A stretch of DNA of 64,000 nucleotides, from assembly GCF_035084215.1 (NCBI RefSeq), contig NC_090354.1, positions 7,998,001-8,062,000 on the forward strand. Direction: 5' to 3'. The stretch comes from Heptranchias perlo. Its lineage: Eukaryota. A program made the translations under genes and the position numbers. The first letter of the stretch is position 1, and each line of letters starts with the position of its first letter. Positions 53,701 to 60,826 of the stretch are shown here, piece after piece. The notes under the pieces are model-generated. The model was not told where the DNA came from and made no database searches. It worked only from the letters and a program-made list of their open reading frames with translations.

Positions 53701-56700
53701 GTCAAAGACAAATTTAGCATCGATATCAAGGTCTTCATGCAAAGGGAGTGAATATCTTTTGGAATGCGTTTCTATGCAGGTCAGTAGTGGCTCAAATCTT
53801 GAAATCATTTAAAAGACAGTTAGTTGCTGTGAATGGAGGTGGGTGGAAAGTGTAGGTTTTGCTGAGTGGATGAGCCAAAATGAGCTGAATGACCTCTCAT
53901 CTTGTGATTATAAAGCACACAGGGAATTTCACCAACTCGGAGGCTGACTACGACTGTTAATAGAACACTTTGTACATACATTTTAAACATCTTGTCCGCA
54001 CTAAAAACCACCAAGAACCCCGTAAATTACCACCAAATTAATATTCCCAACCTAAATCCGAGGACCCAAATAGTTTCCAACTCTTGAGCTATGGTTTAGT
54101 ATCAATTCCTTTCATGCCTCACTGAATAAAATGCAAATACTCCAGTGGACTTCCATTACTTAAAAAAAAATACAACTTTATAGATGAGGAAATTATTTTG
54201 GGTCATTCCCCGCTGCACCCAAGACACCAAATCATGGAGTATAGTTCCACAGGCACCAGCTACCCTCCGGTACCTCACCCAAGTGACCATTTTATCATCT
54301 GTGTGTGCCTAAGAAAGGCTACTTAGCAATAGGGAGTATTACAGACAAGGACAATCCAGTCCTCACCCAACAATGGCATACAGTTAGATAGCTGATTTTC
54401 CCATCCGAGTCCCAAGTCAAAAGTAGCATCCCTTCTGTTTCCCCAACTCAGTGAACAAAGCGCAGGGCAGGGATTAAACCTTGGTCTGTATACCTCAGGT
54501 CTACACTGGGCTTGAGGAGTTATCAACTGAGGGAAGTTGTTCTGTTAAGGGATGATGTAACTGAGGCGTTTAAGATGATTAAAGGTTTGGATAGGGTAGA
54601 CAGAGAGAAACTATTTCCTCTGGCGGGAGAGTCCAGAACAAGGGGGCATAACCTTAAAATTAGAGCTAGGCCGTTCAGGGGTGATGTCGGGAAGCACTTC
54701 TTCACACAAAGGGTAGTGGAAATCTGGAACTCTCTTCCCCCAAAAAGCTGTTAAGGTTGGGGGTCAATTGAAAATTTCAAAACAGAGATTGATAGATTTT
54801 TGTTAGGCAAGGATATTAAGGGTTACGGAGCCAAGATGAAGTTAGGATAGAGATCAGCCATGATCTAATTGAACGGTGGAACAGACTCGAAGGGCTGAAT
54901 GGCCTCCTCCTGTTCCTATGTTCCATAACACTGCAAACTGCAGCACCATAACAGATATTACCAAGTGCTGGTTGGTTTTATGTATTTGCACAGCCCAAGG
55001 TTGGTTTTAAAACCAGTTAACTTTACCTTCAGGTGATAGAGGTTCTCTTCTGCGTCCAAGTCAATGCGTTTGGATTTCTTGTTAATGGACATTACGGAGA
55101 GGCCAATGTTGATGGAGCCATGGAGTTTTCCTCTCAGAAGCTGTAATGTTAACAGGAGTTATGATTACACTCAGAGACCCAGTTATTTTTAATGAATTCT
55201 GTACTACTGCTGGCACAGGAAAGACAAATGAAGAGCTACTTACATCTTGCTGAGTCTTGGCATACTTGAGAATCCCTTTTTCCAAGATAAAATATCTCTG
55301 AAAGAAAAGGAAGATTTTCAATCACTTTCTAAAAACAAAACTTCCCTTCGTTTTTCCCCTTCCTCTCCTGCTGAGGTATAGTTCCATAGGTACTTACAGC
55401 CATCCAGTACCTTGCCTATGTGGGTATTCTTCATGTGTGAACCTAGACATTGGGTGTCGATTAGCTATTCTACCATAGAATGCATCACAGCCAAGCCCAA
55501 TGCCAGTCTCAGTCACTGTCCGCGAGTACACTTTCCAGCAAGGTTCATAGGCTGACGTAGGAACAGGGTCAACTAGGTGACTCAAGAGTGGGGAAAGCTT
55601 GCTTTTAAAAACAGGAATAAATAGGTAAGACTTGCACGACCTGTTGGTCTTGGAACTTAGAGGAGCGCACACTTCTTTGAAAGAAATGATAAGACTCTAA
55701 CCTTGTGCCAGCCTTTCAAAGGCCATTTCCTCTTCTTCAGCAGATATCCTTCCTGCCTCTCAAGATCCAGAGAAGCATGGCTGTTTCCTGGTGGCTCCTC
55801 CATCACCTCCCAGTTCTCAGAGTTCTGAAGCAGAGACAACACTTGAGGAACACAGGGCTTTGTACGCATGGCTTTTGTTAAACTTTCTGAACTCGGTTAC
55901 ATGCCATGACTGGTTCATCTCCTCCTATTCGGATTGTCTTGGTTAGATAAAATCAAATCAAGATACAACAGCCTTTGGTGGATTGCAGTTTGGACCAACA
56001 AAAAATATCCCCAAACAGAATGTTTCTTGCTTATTTAAATTCATGTGACATTGAAAGAGTCTACTATATAAACAACACCATGTATAGCAAACATTACAAA
56101 AATACTGATGGGCTCTACCAATGGCTCAGTGGACACTTACACGCACAGACATCGGAGTTGTCTGTGATGCTCCTACTGGCCGAACATAGGAACAAGAGTA
56201 GGCCATTCTGCTCCTCAAGCCTGTTCTGCCATTCAATGAGATCACGACTGGTCTGTATCCTAACTCCATTTACCCGCCTTGGCTCCATATCCTTGAATAC
56301 TCTTGGCTAGCAAAAATCTATCGATCTCAGATTTAAAATTAATAATTGAGCTAGCATCTGCTGCTTTTTGTGGGAGAGTGTTCCACACTTCTACCACCCT
56401 TTGCGCGTAGGAGTGTTTCGTAACTTCTCTCCTGAACGGCCTGGCTCTGATTTTAAGGTTACGTCCCCTTATCCTAGACTCTCCTGTCCAGCAGATAAAG
56501 TTTTTCTCTATCTACCTCATCAATTCCTTTCAAAATCCTGAAAACCTCAATGAAATCGTCCCTTAACCTTTCATAACCCGTAAGATAAGAAATAGGAGCA
56601 GGAGTAGGCCATACAGCCCCTCGAGCTTGCTCCGCCATTCAAGATCATGGCTGATCTTCTACCTCAACTCCACTTTCCGCCCTATCCCCATATCCCTTGA

Positions 56701-58136
56701 TTCCTTTAGTGTCCAAGGGAATACAAGTCTAGTTTATGTAACCTCACCTCATAAAACAGTCTCTGTCTGGGCACACGGAAAATTGTGACTTGGGGCTAGA
56801 TATCAATAGGATGCTGTCTCCCCAGGAGCATTACCCCTTCGTGAATTAGTGCCTTTGGGAGAGGTGGGGAGTCTATTGGTTGGTGGGGGAACCCAAAACT
56901 TACTCATCATCATCATTAAGCAACAAATGGCACTAAAGCCACAAGAAATCCCCATTTCATCCGACAGCAAACAACAGTTTCATTTATAATGAAATTTCCA
57001 GTACATATTGGCAATGTGCCACACTGAGGTGCACATATCAATCATTCCCACCAAAGCTTACATGTCCTCTACTCTAAAATCCAATAATTGCAGTAACAGC
57101 TCATGAATTAAAATGCCCAAATGCTCCACACATCTTGTCACGGTGATGAGAGGGAAAAAACGTAGCTGTGGTTCTACTGCAAAAGATGCCAAGACTGTAT
57201 CTTATCTTAAGGGCAACAGAATCAATAATAAACAGAGAACGTGCTGGAAATACACAGCAGGGCTGTCAGCAACTGGAGAGATCAGTTAGCATTTTGGATA
57301 GAGACCCTTCATTAGAAATGAATTCTGACAAAAGTTCTCTACCCAACACCTGCCATAGAGGGAGTGCAGCAAAGGTTCACCAGACTGATTCCTGGGAAGG
57401 CAGGACTGTCGTATGAGGAGAGGTTGGGTCAACTCGGCCTGTATTCACTCGAGTTTAGAAGAATGAAAGGGGATCTCATTGAAACATAAAATTCTGACAG
57501 GTCTAGACAGACTGGATGCAGGAAGGATGTTTCCCCTGGCTGGAGGGTCCAGAATGAGGGGTCACAGTCTCAGGATACGGCGTAGAACATTTAGGACTGA
57601 GATGAGGAGAAATTTCTTCACTCAGGAGGATGGTGAACCTGTGGAATTCTCTACCACAGAAGGCTGTGGAGGTCATATTTAAGAAGGAGCTAGATAGATA
57701 TCTAGACACACAAGGCATCAAGGGAAATGGGGAGAGAGCGGGAATATGGTATTGAGATAGAGGATCAGCCATGATCATATTGAATGGCGGAGCAGGCTCG
57801 AAGGGGCGAATGGCCTACTCCTGCTCCAATTTTCTATGTTTCTATGTTTTCAGATGTTGGGAGCCCTGCTCTGGAGCTCAGGCATTTTCAGTTTTTATTT
57901 CCAGTTCCCAACTTTTGCACTCTTTTTGTCTGTAATATATATTTTTTTAAAAGTCTAACAGCACAATTATATATATTTTTTTAAAACCCGGAGAATAAAT
58001 TGTACAGAAGGGACCGCAGTGACACAGGCTGTCCTACCTGGCGTGTGCTAGTAGGTTTCGATGATGCACTGCTGCTGCTTCTCGTCAGAGTGGACGTTCT
58101 TTGGGAAGCAGGGAGCGCTTTCTCATCGCCGTTCAT
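14038..58136 (-). CDS. OSBPL7: Oxysterol-binding protein-related protein 7-like gene, whole coding span (22 coding exons, 2682 nt, 893 aa)
   Basis: Spliced exons give a PH domain ([23 protein letters not shown]...), FFAT EFFDAED, and an ORD with [20 protein letters not shown] and DSRLRPDQR. All 21 introns are GT-AG and phases close without a frameshift. [23 protein letters not shown] and WCTQSFAKD match my recollection of OSBPL7 better than OSBPL3 or OSBPL6. Confidence 0.88.
14205..14690 (+). mobile_element. Full-length DeuSINE (SacSINE1-like)
   Basis: tRNA head with A-box TGGCTCAGTGG; Deu-type core AAAGATCCC.TGGCACTATTT..AAGAG..GGGGAGTTCTCCC.GGTGTCC; L2-like tail ending (CTTT)n. Confidence 0.85.
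15840..15962 (-). CDS. OSBPL7: Coding exon 21 (123 nt): [41 protein letters not shown]
   Basis: ttacacag| acceptor, AC|GTAAGT donor. Confidence 0.95.
16910..17927 (+). mobile_element. 5'-truncated CR1 (HER1-like) LINE, decayed RT C-terminus plus 3' tail
   Basis: [40 protein letters not shown] and [13 protein letters not shown] motifs; premature TAG at 17078-17080 and frameshifts; ends in TTCTATGATTCTAT. Confidence 0.95.
18703..18829 (-). CDS. OSBPL7: Coding exon 20 (127 nt): [23 protein letters not shown]...[10 protein letters not shown]
   Basis: tgtctttcag| acceptor, AG|GTAGGC donor, TDSRxRPD motif. Confidence 0.96.
20440..20810 (-). mobile_element. Old unnamed tRNA-headed SINE-like element (representative near-full copy)
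   Basis: Shares blocks with about 25 other segments: ..CTCTCCTGAAG, AAGTGGCCATT, ATCAGGAGCAGGAACCC, CAGCTAACTCAGCACAGAC. Confidence 0.7.
21775..22220 (+). mobile_element. Full-length DeuSINE (SacSINE1-like)
   Basis: B-box GGTTCAAGTCCC, Deu core, tail. Confidence 0.87.
22339..22483 (-). CDS. OSBPL7: Coding exon 19 (145 nt): [37 protein letters not shown]...CIWKP
   Basis: ttttcttccag| acceptor, A|GTAAGA donor. Confidence 0.96.
22965..23109 (-). CDS. OSBPL7: Coding exon 18 (145 nt): [30 protein letters not shown]...CKLTFCK
   Basis: attcccag| acceptor, AAG|GTAAGT donor. Confidence 0.96.
23219..23297 (-). CDS. OSBPL7: Coding exon 17 (79 nt): [27 protein letters not shown]
   Basis: tgctttcag| acceptor, AA|GTGAGT donor, KFWGKSLEI motif. 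Confidence 0.96.
24589..24652 (-). CDS. OSBPL7: Coding exon 16 (64 nt): [21 protein letters not shown]
   Basis: Completes the OSBP fingerprint EQ|VSHHPP; ttattgcag| acceptor, AAG|GTTAGT donor. Confidence 0.96.
25046..25122 (+). mobile_element. Penelope pLTR fragment with a degenerate hammerhead motif
   Basis: Closely matches 36620-36695. Confidence 0.75.
25193..25962. mobile_element. Non-autonomous TIR DNA transposon / MITE (possibly PIF-Harbinger-like)
   Basis: Ends GGGGCAGAACTTGC... and ...GCAAGTTCCAGCCC form imperfect TIRs; CpG-rich subterminal regions and an AT-rich core; no transposase ORF. Confidence 0.55.
25995..26310 (-). mobile_element. Diverged DeuSINE
   Basis: Reverse complement of head and core. 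Confidence 0.7.
26440..26755 (+). mobile_element. Old unnamed SINE-like element, opposite orientation
   Basis: Ends GAGTCAGCACCTTCAGGAGAGGAGGGGAGAAAA, the reverse complement of the block that starts the other copies. Confidence 0.7.
26781..26918 (-). CDS. OSBPL7: Coding exon 15 (138 nt): [46 protein letters not shown]
   Basis: tttccttccag| acceptor, CAG|GTATTT donor, KPFNPxLGET motif. Confidence 0.96.
27262..27413 (+). mobile_element. Penelope-type micro-insertion (inverted repeat plus 3' tail) with a 13-bp direct repeat
   Basis: 41-bp arms 27271-27311 and 27326-27366 with 1 mismatch; tail ACCCCAGTCCATCACCGGCATCTCCACATCA; flanking TGAAAATTTCAAA. Confidence 0.75.
27760..27945. repeat. About 185-bp imperfect palindrome centred on GGCGCC
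   Basis: TTTCCATTATAAATTCC..TGTCCACATTTATAATGGAA pairs with TTCCATTATAAATGTGGACA..GGAATTTACAATGGAAA. Confidence 0.85.
28251..28501 (-). CDS. OSBPL7: Coding exon 14 (251 nt): ...[59 protein letters not shown]...FERM
   Basis: ORD lid region; ctgaaacag| acceptor, ATG|GTAAGC donor. Confidence 0.93.
28640..29000 (+). mobile_element. L2-clade LINE 3' fragment
   Basis: [14 protein letters not shown]...[13 protein letters not shown], the L2 ORF2 C-terminus, plus tail. Confidence 0.88.
29300..29483 (+). mobile_element. CR1 3' end
   Basis: TGGAAT..CTGCC...GGCATGATGGGTCGAATGGCCTCCTCCTGTGCT tail. Confidence 0.75.
29905..30205 (-). mobile_element. L2-clade LINE 3' fragment
   Basis: Reverse complement of the same tail. 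Confidence 0.75.
31974..32158 (+). mobile_element. CR1 3' end (same subfamily as 16910-17927)
   Basis: GGATGTGCATTTGAAGTGCCGTAACCTAC...GATTCTATG. Confidence 0.85.
32210..32525 (+). mobile_element. Ancient LINE ORF2 C-terminal remnant (CR1/Jockey-group type)
   Basis: ORF 32201-32590: LLYQYY...C..GL..LVP....TR......HP.SV...[22 protein letters not shown]. Confidence 0.6.
32723..33134 (+). mobile_element. CR1 3' fragment
   Basis: TTCTCCTTTAGAGCAGAGAAGG... through the TCATTCTATG tail. Confidence 0.88.
33345..34085 (-). mobile_element. Decayed L2 LINE ORF2 remnant
   Basis: [13 protein letters not shown] (cf. L2 LIHAFVTSRLDY), [17 protein letters not shown] motifs across frames. Confidence 0.82.
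34234..34330 (-). CDS. OSBPL7: Coding exon 13 (97 nt): [32 protein letters not shown]
   Basis: tttctcacag| acceptor; acidic tract typical after the FFAT exon; the only nearby phase-compatible donor is G|GTTCGT. Confidence 0.82.
34560..35325 (+). mobile_element. CR1 LINE RT fragment
   Basis: [43 protein letters not shown]; frameshifted, 3' tail missing. Confidence 0.93.
36122..36720 (+). mobile_element. Penelope-like retroelement 3' remnant (GIY-YIG endonuclease C-terminus plus pseudo-LTR)
   Basis: [26 protein letters not shown]...[25 protein letters not shown] across frameshifts, followed by the CTGACGAAAGGTCATCGACCTGAAACGTT pLTR motif. Confidence 0.85.
36619..36655 (+). ncRNA. Minimal type I hammerhead ribozyme-like motif in the Penelope pLTR
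   Basis: AGTT-CTGACGA-A-AGGTC(ATC)GACCT-GAAAC-GTT-AACT: catalytic core, 5-bp stem II, 4-bp stem I, palindromic ACGT stem III. Confidence 0.65.
36914..37039 (-). CDS. OSBPL7: Coding exon 12 (126 nt) with FFAT motif EFFDAED (36947-36967)
   Basis: cttatctccag| acceptor, GAG|GTAAAC donor; canonical VAP-binding FFAT core EFFDAxx. Confidence 0.95.
37168..37329 (+). mobile_element. Penelope-type micro-insertion (inverted repeat plus 3' tail) with a 12-bp direct repeat
   Basis: Perfect 49-bp arms 37178-37226 and 37234-37282; same tail; flanking TTCCAAAACTAA. Confidence 0.78.
37445..37803 (-). mobile_element. CR1 3' fragment
   Basis: Reverse complement of the same 3'UTR (GAAAGAGCTATCCAATTAGTCCC). 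Confidence 0.88.
38284..39059 (+). mobile_element. CR1 LINE 3' fragment
   Basis: MHFGRKN...QRDLGV motifs, same 3'UTR and ATTCTATG tail as the other copies. Confidence 0.93.
40177..40284 (-). CDS. OSBPL7: Coding exon 11 (108 nt): [16 protein letters not shown]...SKAEE
   Basis: gtgtccctag| acceptor, GAG|GTAAGT donor, QNAELR.RL.RI motif. Confidence 0.92.
40845..41170 (+). mobile_element. CR1 3' fragment
   Basis: GGGGCATAACCTTAAA...TTCTTCACACAAAGGGTAGTG. Confidence 0.88.
41577..41713 (-). CDS. OSBPL7: Coding exon 10 (137 nt): [23 protein letters not shown]...LKNTLSE
   Basis: tttgttccag| acceptor, GAG|GTGAGA donor. Confidence 0.93.
43207..43712 (-). mobile_element. CR1 3' fragment
   Basis: Reverse-complement tail ACATAGAAATAGGAGTAAGCCCATT... 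Confidence 0.85.
43740..43890 (-). CDS. OSBPL7: Coding exon 9 (151 nt): [18 protein letters not shown]...[11 protein letters not shown]
   Basis: ttttctgctctag| acceptor, AAG|GTAATG donor, LHxSxPxL and LQxDFC motifs of the subfamily. Confidence 0.9.
44905..45305 (-). mobile_element. DeuSINE
   Basis: Reverse complement of head, core and tail. Confidence 0.8.
45973..46160 (+). mobile_element. Partial DeuSINE
   Basis: CAGTGCAGTACTGAGGGAGTGCTGCACTG hairpin and Deu core. Confidence 0.8.
46586..46669 (-). CDS. OSBPL7: Coding exon 8 (84 nt): [28 protein letters not shown]
   Basis: attattccag| acceptor, AAG|GTAATA donor; WCTQSFAKD recalled from OSBPL7. Confidence 0.9.
47707..47734. repeat. (CT)n microsatellite
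   Basis: Direct reading. Confidence 0.95.
48110..48540 (-). mobile_element. Old unnamed SINE-like element (near-full copy)
   Basis: CTCACCTAAGTGGCCATTC, CTTCCAACAGGGGTCACTGG and ATCAGCTAACTCGG blocks. Confidence 0.7.
48852..49280 (+). mobile_element. CR1 3' fragment
   Basis: [17 protein letters not shown] frame plus 3'UTR. Confidence 0.9.
49517..49620 (-). CDS. OSBPL7: Coding exon 7 (104 nt): [35 protein letters not shown]
   Basis: aatcttttag| acceptor, CAG|GTATGG donor, conserved coiled-coil and SAP motif. Confidence 0.93.
50118..50630 (-). mobile_element. CR1 3' fragment inserted in an old SINE head
   Basis: ORF 50420-50656 reads [22 protein letters not shown]. Confidence 0.92.
51007..51139 (-). 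CDS. OSBPL7: Coding exon 6 (133 nt): [10 protein letters not shown]...[14 protein letters not shown]
   Basis: cttgtttag| acceptor, AAG|GTAACT donor, conserved AWLQ motif, phase 0 to 1. Confidence 0.9.
51420..51625 (-). mobile_element. DeuSINE 3' half
   Basis: Reverse complement of the tail. Confidence 0.78.
51687..52115 (+). mobile_element. CR1 3' fragment
   Basis: [23 protein letters not shown] motifs. Confidence 0.9.
52241..52411 (-). CDS. OSBPL7: Coding exon 5 (171 nt): [24 protein letters not shown]...PLCSK
   Basis: ttattgcag| acceptor, AAG|GTACGG donor, C-terminal PH helix with the conserved Trp. Confidence 0.9.
53196..53555 (+). mobile_element. CR1 3' fragment
   Basis: [23 protein letters not shown] motif plus tail. 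Confidence 0.88.
54545..54922 (+). mobile_element. CR1 3' fragment
   Basis: [27 protein letters not shown]...[14 protein letters not shown]. Confidence 0.92.
55027..55140 (-). CDS. OSBPL7: Coding exon 4 (114 nt): [38 protein letters not shown]
   Basis: acattacag| acceptor, AAG|GTAAAG donor, PH domain; not in the ORF track. Confidence 0.95.
55244..55297 (-). CDS. OSBPL7: Coding exon 3 (54 nt): [18 protein letters not shown]
   Basis: tttctttcag| acceptor, GAT|GTAAGT donor, PH domain. Confidence 0.95.
55702..55824 (-). CDS. OSBPL7: Coding exon 2 (123 nt): [10 protein letters not shown]...[17 protein letters not shown], start of PH domain
   Basis: tctctgcttcag| acceptor, AAG|GTTAGA donor, conserved PH N-terminus. 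Confidence 0.95.
56183..56752 (-). mobile_element. CR1 3' fragment containing a nested CR1 3' end (about 56581-56713)
   Basis: The outer copy resumes at AAGGGAATACAAG as in the uninterrupted copy near 43600. Confidence 0.85.
57352..57848 (+). mobile_element. CR1 3' fragment
   Basis: [28 protein letters not shown] motif; (TTTCTATG)2 tail. Confidence 0.92.
58038..58136 (-). CDS. OSBPL7: Coding exon 1: [33 protein letters not shown] (exon probably starts at 58269 with 5'UTR)
   Basis: ATG in gcaATGa context, with an in-frame TGA 16 codons upstream. Donor CAG|GTAGGA; acceptor tcgctcttcag| just upstream of 58269. M-x-x-DEK start and Ser-rich RQ end as in OSBPL3/6. Confidence 0.85.
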
Positions 58137-58391
58137 TGCTTCCAGGTGTCCAGATACCACCAGCCCGATGAATTCTAGCACTCACGGATTGAAGTGGCTT
58201 CTAAAAGCTGGATTGGACCCGATCTCCTGGGGAGATCATTCTCACACATCTGGATGCAGTCAAGCGTTCCTGAAGAGCGAAACAAAATAAAAACATTCAG
58301 TTACTCTTTATTCCAGCAAAAGCCAGGTGAGCAAATGTTTACAAGCTACATTTTGCTGGTACAATGTACTTATCTTGAATTGTCAACCTAC

Positions 58392-58688
58392 ATAGAATTA
58401 CATGGAATTTACAACACAGAAACAGGCCATTCGGCCCAACCTGTCTATGCTCCAAACGAGCCTCCTCCCACTCTACTTCATCTCACCCTATCTGCATATA
58501 CTTCTATTCCTTTCTCCCTTTTATCGAGCTTCCCCTTAAAGACATCTGTGCTATTCGCCTCAACCACTCCACATTCTCACTACTTTATGAGTAAAGAAGT
58601 TTCTCCCAAATTCCTTATTGGATTTATTAGTGACTATCTTATATTTATGGTCCCTAGTTTTAGACTCCCCCACAAGTGGAAACATCTT
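58392..58688 (-). mobile_element. CR1 3' fragment
   Basis: CATAGAATT..ACACAGAAACAGGCCATTCGGCCC reverse-complement tail. Confidence 0.8.
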
Positions 58689-59039
58689 TGGAGGCGTTGG
58701 TGCATTGGATTTAAAACCAGCCAAACACTAGGTGGATTAGACTTTATCTCCAAGATCAGATTCCTATGCGGCCCAGGTGGATAACTCATCTAGGCTGTAA
58801 GGGTCCTACAAGAAATGACTTTGGACGTTTTCAAACCAGTTGCCAGGGATGCACACAGCACAAAACCGCACAGTTCACTGGCAATCTCGCAGGTGGCTGG
58901 TGTGGGAATTGTCGTAGTGGTGCAGTAGTAGGAGTTCTTCTGAGATTGTGGTTGAGGCACTTTATGTCAGCGCCACGTAGAAGGAGCTTCACTCTGCACC
59001 TGGGAGGAGTTCTGAACTGGAACGAATATCCTTTGCTTT

Positions 59040-59480
59040 AGGGTGTCAGCCTTGGCTCAGTGGTAGTACTCTCGCCTCTGAGTCAGCAGGTTGTAGGTTC
59101 AAGCCCCACTCCAGAGACTTGAGCAAATAACCTAGGAGGGAGTGCTGCACTATCAGAGGTGCTGAATATTTGATGAAACGTTAAATCAAGGCCCCATCTG
59201 ACCCCCTTAGGTGGACGTAAAAGATCTCATGGCACTATTCGAAGAGCACAGCAATTTTCCCAGAATTTACCATTATTTATCCCTCAACCAACTAAATGGC
59301 TAAAACAGATTATCTGGTCATTTATATCATTCCTGTTTGTGGAACCTTGCTGTGAGCAAATTGGCCGCCACATTTCCCTACATTACAATAGTGACTACAA
59401 TTCAAAAGTACTTCATTGGCTGCGAACTGCCTTGGGACATCCTGAGGTCAGAAAAGGCGTTACATAAATGCAAGTTCATT
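59040..59480 (+). mobile_element. Full-length DeuSINE
   Basis: A-box TGGCTCAGTGG, B-box GGTTCAAGCCCC, core, tail. Confidence 0.85.
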
Positions 59481-59609
59481 CATGCTTTGAAAGGAGTAAA
59501 TTTTATTTAAAATAAAACTAAAATGAACCTTCCTGCCAAGTAAACGATAAGGAAGAAATCAGCCGCGAGTTCCTATGGCAGATCACTATTCAGTGAGCCC
59601 TGCTGCAAG

Positions 59610-60345
59610 TACAGCAAGAGTGTATAGAATATAAAAGTCGAGACATAATGGACCATCTATGGAAAACCTTGGTGAGACCACAGTTGGAGCACTGTGTGCA
59701 GTTTTCATAGAATCAGGGCAAGGAAGGAGGCCATTCAGCCCATCGTGCCTGTGCCAGCTCTTTGAAAGAGCTATCCAATTAGTCCCATTCCCCTGCCCTT
59801 TCTGCATAGCCCTGCAAATTTTTCCCCTTCAAGTATTTTGGGCTCCACACGGTGAGGGAATTAAGGGGGTAGAGAGAGAAAATTCACTAGGATGCTGCCT
59901 GGAACGAGAAAATACAAATAAAGACGACAAACTTGAAAAATTGGAGCCGTTTTTATTTGGAGATTAAAGACTGATTTGATAGAGGTGTTTAAAATTATGA
60001 AGGGAAGGGATATAATAGAAGCAGAGTGTTTGCAGTGATTGAGGGGCTTAGAATGAGGGGGCATAGATATAAAATTAACTAAGAGGTTTAGGACAGAGCA
60101 GGAGAAACTTTTTTTTTTAAAAAACAGAAGGTTGTGAGGCTGTGGAACACACTAGTGATTGAAGCAGAGACCATGTCAGCATTTAAGATTAGGTGAGGTA
60201 GGTGGTTGAAGGGAAAGTGGATAAAGGGATGAGAACAGGGTAGGCACATAGGATTAGGACTACTGCTCGTGTGGAGGATAAACACCAACACGGACTGGTT
60301 GGGCCGAATGGCCTGTTTCCGTGTTTTAATTGCTATGTAATTCTA
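59610..60345 (+). mobile_element. Older CR1 fragment interrupted by an opposite-strand CR1 tail (about 59705-59835)
   Basis: LVRPQLEHCVQF|WAPH coding sequence split by a reverse-oriented tail. Confidence 0.8.
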
Positions 60346-60374
60346 TGGAAGTGTATATGTGTCGATGTTTAGGT

Positions 60375-60826
60375 GTCGGCTGTAGCTCAGTGGTAGCGCT
60401 CTCTGAGTCAGAAGGTTGTGGGTTCAAGTCCCACTCCAGAGACTTGAACACAAAATCTAGGCTGACACTGCAGTGCAGTACTGAGGGAGTGCTGCACTGT
60501 CGGAGGTGCCACCATTCGGATGAGGCAATAAATCGAGGCCCCATCTGCCCTCTCAGGTGGACGCAAAAGATCCCATGGCACTATTTCGAAGAGCAGGGGA
60601 GTTTTCGCTGGTGTCCTGGACAATATTTATCCCTCAACCAACATCACTAAAACATTATTTGGTTATTATATCATTGCTGTTTGTGGGACCTTGCTGTGCA
60701 CAAATTGGCTGCCGCATTTCCTACATTACAACAGTGACTACACTTCAAAAGTACTTCATTGGTTGTAAAGCGCTTTGGGACATCCTGAGGTTATGAAAGG
60801 CGCTATATAAATGCAAGTCTTTCTTT
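60375..60826 (+). mobile_element. Full-length DeuSINE
   Basis: A-box TAGCTCAGTGG 60383-60393, B-box GGTTCAAGTCCC 60421-60432, core, tail. Confidence 0.87.

Noticed and set aside
58194-58784. 196-aa plus-strand ORF
   Set aside because: It runs antisense through the OSBPL7 5'UTR exon and a CR1 remnant; no recognisable domain.
60375-60440. tRNA-like A/B boxes as a tRNA gene
   Set aside because: They continue directly into the DeuSINE body and recur at each copy; these are SINE heads, not tRNA genes.
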